NCBI RefSeq assembly: GCF_017876815.1
Contig: NZ_JAGIOS010000001.1
Span: forward strand, 2,130,001-2,162,000
Direction: 5' to 3'
Length of the DNA stretch: 32,000 nt
Source: Sinorhizobium meliloti
GTDB lineage: Bacteria; Pseudomonadota; Alphaproteobacteria; Rhizobiales; Rhizobiaceae
The notes below the pieces were generated by a model, which saw only the letters and a list, made by a program, of their open reading frames with translations, did not search any database and was not told the DNA's origin. Positions 29,885 through 32,000 of this stretch are shown piece after piece (position 1 is the first letter of the stretch; the number at the start of each line of letters is the position of its first letter). Made by a program: the position numbers and the translations under genes.

Positions 29885-30529
29885 ATGAGGCCAGGACAGC
29901 AAAACAAGCGCGGCCGTGGGCGGAATAACAACAACAGCGGAAACAACAACAACAACAATCGCAAGGGATCCAATCCCTTGACGCGGACCTACGATAGCTC
30001 CGGCCCGGATGTGAAGATTCGTGGTACCGCACAGCACATCGCCGAAAAATATGCGGCCCTTGCTCGCGACGCGCAGAGCTCCGGCGACCGCGTGATCGCT
30101 GAGAACTATCTGCAGCACGCCGAGCATTACAACCGCATCATCGCGGCTGCGCAGGCTCAGATGCAGGACCGGTTCCAGCGCGACGAACGCCAGGACTATC
30201 AGGATCGTGACTCTGCCGATCGCGATCAGGACGATCTGGATCAGGGCTATTCAGAGGAAATGCCGGTCGCTCCGTCGGCCGCAGCGGCTCCGGCCAACGA
30301 GCCTCAGCCGGTCATCGACGGTTCGGGTCCTCAGCCCGTGATCGAGGGCATGCCTGCCGAAGTCGCCATGGAAGAGGAGGCGCAGGGCTCGGCCGGTCGT
30401 TCGGCCTCCCGTCGCCGCAGCACGAGCCGGCCTCGCCGGCAGCCGCGCCGTGGCGCGCAGGAAGAGGCAGGGGGCGACGCGCAGCCCGAAACCGATGGCA
30501 ATACCCCGGCGCTCGCCACCTCGGAATAA
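29885..30529 (+). CDS. DUF4167 domain-containing protein
   Basis: Conserved block IRGTAQHIAEKYAALARDAQSSGDRVIAENYLQHAEHYNRI. It is flanked by an Asn/Arg-rich N-terminus and an acidic-then-basic disordered C-terminus. I chose ATG 29885. Confidence 0.8.
   Translation: MRPGQQNKRGRGRNNNNSGNNNNNNRKGSNPLTRTYDSSGPDVKIRGTAQHIAEKYAALARDAQSSGDRVIAENYLQHAEHYNRIIAAAQAQMQDRFQRDERQDYQDRDSADRDQDDLDQGYSEEMPVAPSAAAAPANEPQPVIDGSGPQPVIEGMPAEVAMEEEAQGSAGRSASRRRSTSRPRRQPRRGAQEEAGGDAQPETDGNTPALATSE
29924..29959 (+). repeat. In-frame AAC/AAT trinucleotide tract encoding NNNNSGNNNNNN
   Basis: aat(aac)3 agc gga (aac)5 aat, read directly, in the reading frame of the DUF4167 CDS. Confidence 0.9.
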
Positions 30530-30550
30530 CCCTTCCGCAGCAATTCTTCT

Positions 30551-30581
30551 AAAGGCCCGGCCCGTAACGGCCGGGCTTTTT
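30551..30581 (+). terminator. Rho-independent terminator of the DUF4167 gene
   Basis: AAAG-GCCCGGCC-cgtaac-GGCCGGGC-TTTTT. The 8-bp GC stem is perfect, followed by a T5 run, 22 nt after the stop. The A-tract upstream makes it potentially bidirectional. Confidence 0.8.
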
Positions 30582-30667
30582 GCTTTCGCGGAAGATCTCG
30601 ACGCGTGCCGCATCCACCGCGCGAGCGCATTCGCACGCGATTGTCTCTGCCGCCTCCATTTGCCGCT

Positions 30668-30696
30668 CTTTAATTCAGAAGTGCGCCGCCCCATAT
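30668..30696 (+). promoter_or_regulatory. Candidate sigma-32 (RpoH) heat-shock promoter for clpB
   Basis: CTCTTTAA-N15-CCCCATAT, compared with the E. coli sigma-32 consensus CCCTTGAA-N13-17-CCCCATNT. It is about 175 nt upstream of the clpB ATG. Confidence 0.4.
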
Positions 30697-30870
30697 TTCG
30701 CTTCGAAGACCTGATCTCGCAATGCGAGGACGGGTCAGGAACTCAAATTGTCAGCGCCTCCAAAGAGGCGCGCGGCGATGAATTAAACGGGCTTGCCGAA
30801 TGCGGGAGCCCGATCCTGAAACACCGGCTAGTGCCACGTTGATGGGCTCGCCGGGCTATGGAGGTAAAGA

Positions 30871-32000
30871 ATGGATATCGAAAAATATTCGGAACGCGTC
30901 CGCGGTTTCCTGCAGTCGGCCCAGACCTATGCGCTGGCCGAAGGGCACCAGCAATTTACGCCGGAGCACGTTCTCAAGGTATTGCTCGACGACGATCAGG
31001 GCATGGCGGCTTCGCTTATCGAGCGCGCCGGCGGCAATGCGCGGGAAGCCAAGGTCGGTACGGCCGCAGCTTTGGCGAAGCTTCCGAAGGTGACCGGCGG
31101 CAACGGCTCGGTCTATCTGTCGCAGCCGCTCGCCAAGGTTTTCACCGCAGCCGAAGATGCGGCCAAGAAGGCCGGCGACAGCTTCGTAACCGTCGAACGC
31201 CTGCTCCTGGCGCTGGCGATCGAAAGCTCGGCCGCGACGGCGTCGATCCTCTCCAAGGCCGGCGTCACGCCGACGAAGCTCAACCAGGTCATCAACGAAA
31301 TCCGCAAGGGCCGCACCGCCGACAGCGCCAATGCCGAACAAGGCTTCGATTCGCTCAAGAAATATGCGCGCGATCTGACCGCCGAGGCGAGGGAAGGCAA
31401 GCTCGATCCGGTGATCGGCCGCGACGACGAGATTCGCCGAACGATCCAGGTGCTCTCGCGCCGGACGAAGAACAATCCCGTGCTGATCGGCGAGCCGGGC
31501 GTCGGCAAGACCGCCATCGCGGAAGGCCTGGCGCTCAGGATCGTCAACGGCGATGTGCCTGAAAGCCTGAAGGACAAGCGCCTGATGGCGCTCGACATGG
31601 GCGCGCTGATCGCCGGTGCGAAGTTCCGCGGTGAATTCGAAGAGCGGCTCAAGGCCGTGCTGAACGAAGTGCGCTCGGAAGGTGGCGAGATCATCCTCTT
31701 CATCGATGAAATGCACACACTGGTCGGTGCAGGCAAGGCGGACGGGGCTATGGATGCCTCGAACCTCCTGAAGCCCGCGCTTGCCCGCGGCGAACTGCAC
31801 TGCGTCGGCGCGACGACGCTCGACGAATACCGCAAGCATGTCGAGAAGGACGCAGCCCTTGCCCGCCGGTTCCAGCCGGTGATGGTCGAGGAACCGACGG
31901 TCGAGGATACGATCTCGATCCTGCGCGGCCTGAAGGAAAAATACGAGCAGCACCACAAGGTGCGGATCTCCGATTCCGCGCTGGTTGCGGCTGCGGCACT
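30871..32000 (+). CDS. clpB: ATP-dependent chaperone ClpB (5' portion; continues beyond the window; not in the ORF track)
   Basis: My own translation from ATG 30871 (GGAGG 6 nt upstream): [41 protein letters not shown]... It has the Clp_N repeats, then Walker [11 protein letters not shown] and Walker B ILFIDEMH. The frame is open to base 32000. Confidence 0.95.
   Translation, partial: MDIEKYSERVRGFLQSAQTYALAEGHQQFTPEHVLKVLLDDDQGMAASLIERAGGNAREAKVGTAAALAKLPKVTGGNGSVYLSQPLAKVFTAAEDAAKKAGDSFVTVERLLLALAIESSAATASILSKAGVTPTKLNQVINEIRKGRTADSANAEQGFDSLKKYARDLTAEAREGKLDPVIGRDDEIRRTIQVLSRRTKNNPVLIGEPGVGKTAIAEGLALRIVNGDVPESLKDKRLMALDMGALIAGAKFRGEFEERLKAVLNEVRSEGGEIILFIDEMHTLVGAGKADGAMDASNLLKPALARGELHCVGATTLDEYRKHVEKDAALARRFQPVMVEEPTVEDTISILRGLKEKYEQHHKVRISDSALVAAAA

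Noticed and set aside
30858-31562. Track ORF of 234 aa ([11 protein letters not shown]...) at the clpB locus.
   Set aside because: It is an off-frame read of clpB. The frame starting at 30871 gives canonical ClpB sequence with Walker motifs.

Overview
This is a high-GC alphaproteobacterial chromosome segment, Rhizobiaceae-like. The gene orders lysC-ptsP-prfA-prmC-DUF4167-clpB and secA / ppiC-type PPIase / argJ-GNAT-mutT look like Sinorhizobium/Rhizobium/Agrobacterium core synteny; that attribution comes from memory, not from a search. I support 33 protein genes and one tRNA-Leu(CAA). Almost all are housekeeping: translation factors, secretion, amino-acid and ubiquinone biosynthesis, DNA repair and chaperones. 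Many long ORFs in the track are antisense or off-frame shadows of real genes, as expected at this GC content. Two real genes are missing from the track. One is a 57-aa Flp-family type IVb pilin (18272..18445), which falls below the apparent size cut-off. The other is the 5' part of clpB (30871..>32000), which runs off the window, while the track lists an off-frame ORF there instead. The only clearly accessory insert is a translationally coupled GNAT-toxin/DUF1778-antitoxin pair, with a perfect operator-like palindrome, directly downstream of the tRNA. I see no CRISPR array, transposase, integrase, rRNA or multi-gene defence island, and I cannot honestly claim a novel multi-gene system here. 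The most follow-up-worthy items are:
- the orphan flp gene and its uncharacterised membrane-protein neighbour
- a FemAB/CelD-like GNAT plus MOP flippase pair with no glycosyltransferases nearby
- a standalone HNH nuclease
- two long structured intergenic regions, upstream of lysC and upstream of the DUF4167 gene
- an (AAC)n poly-Asn tract inside the DUF4167 gene.
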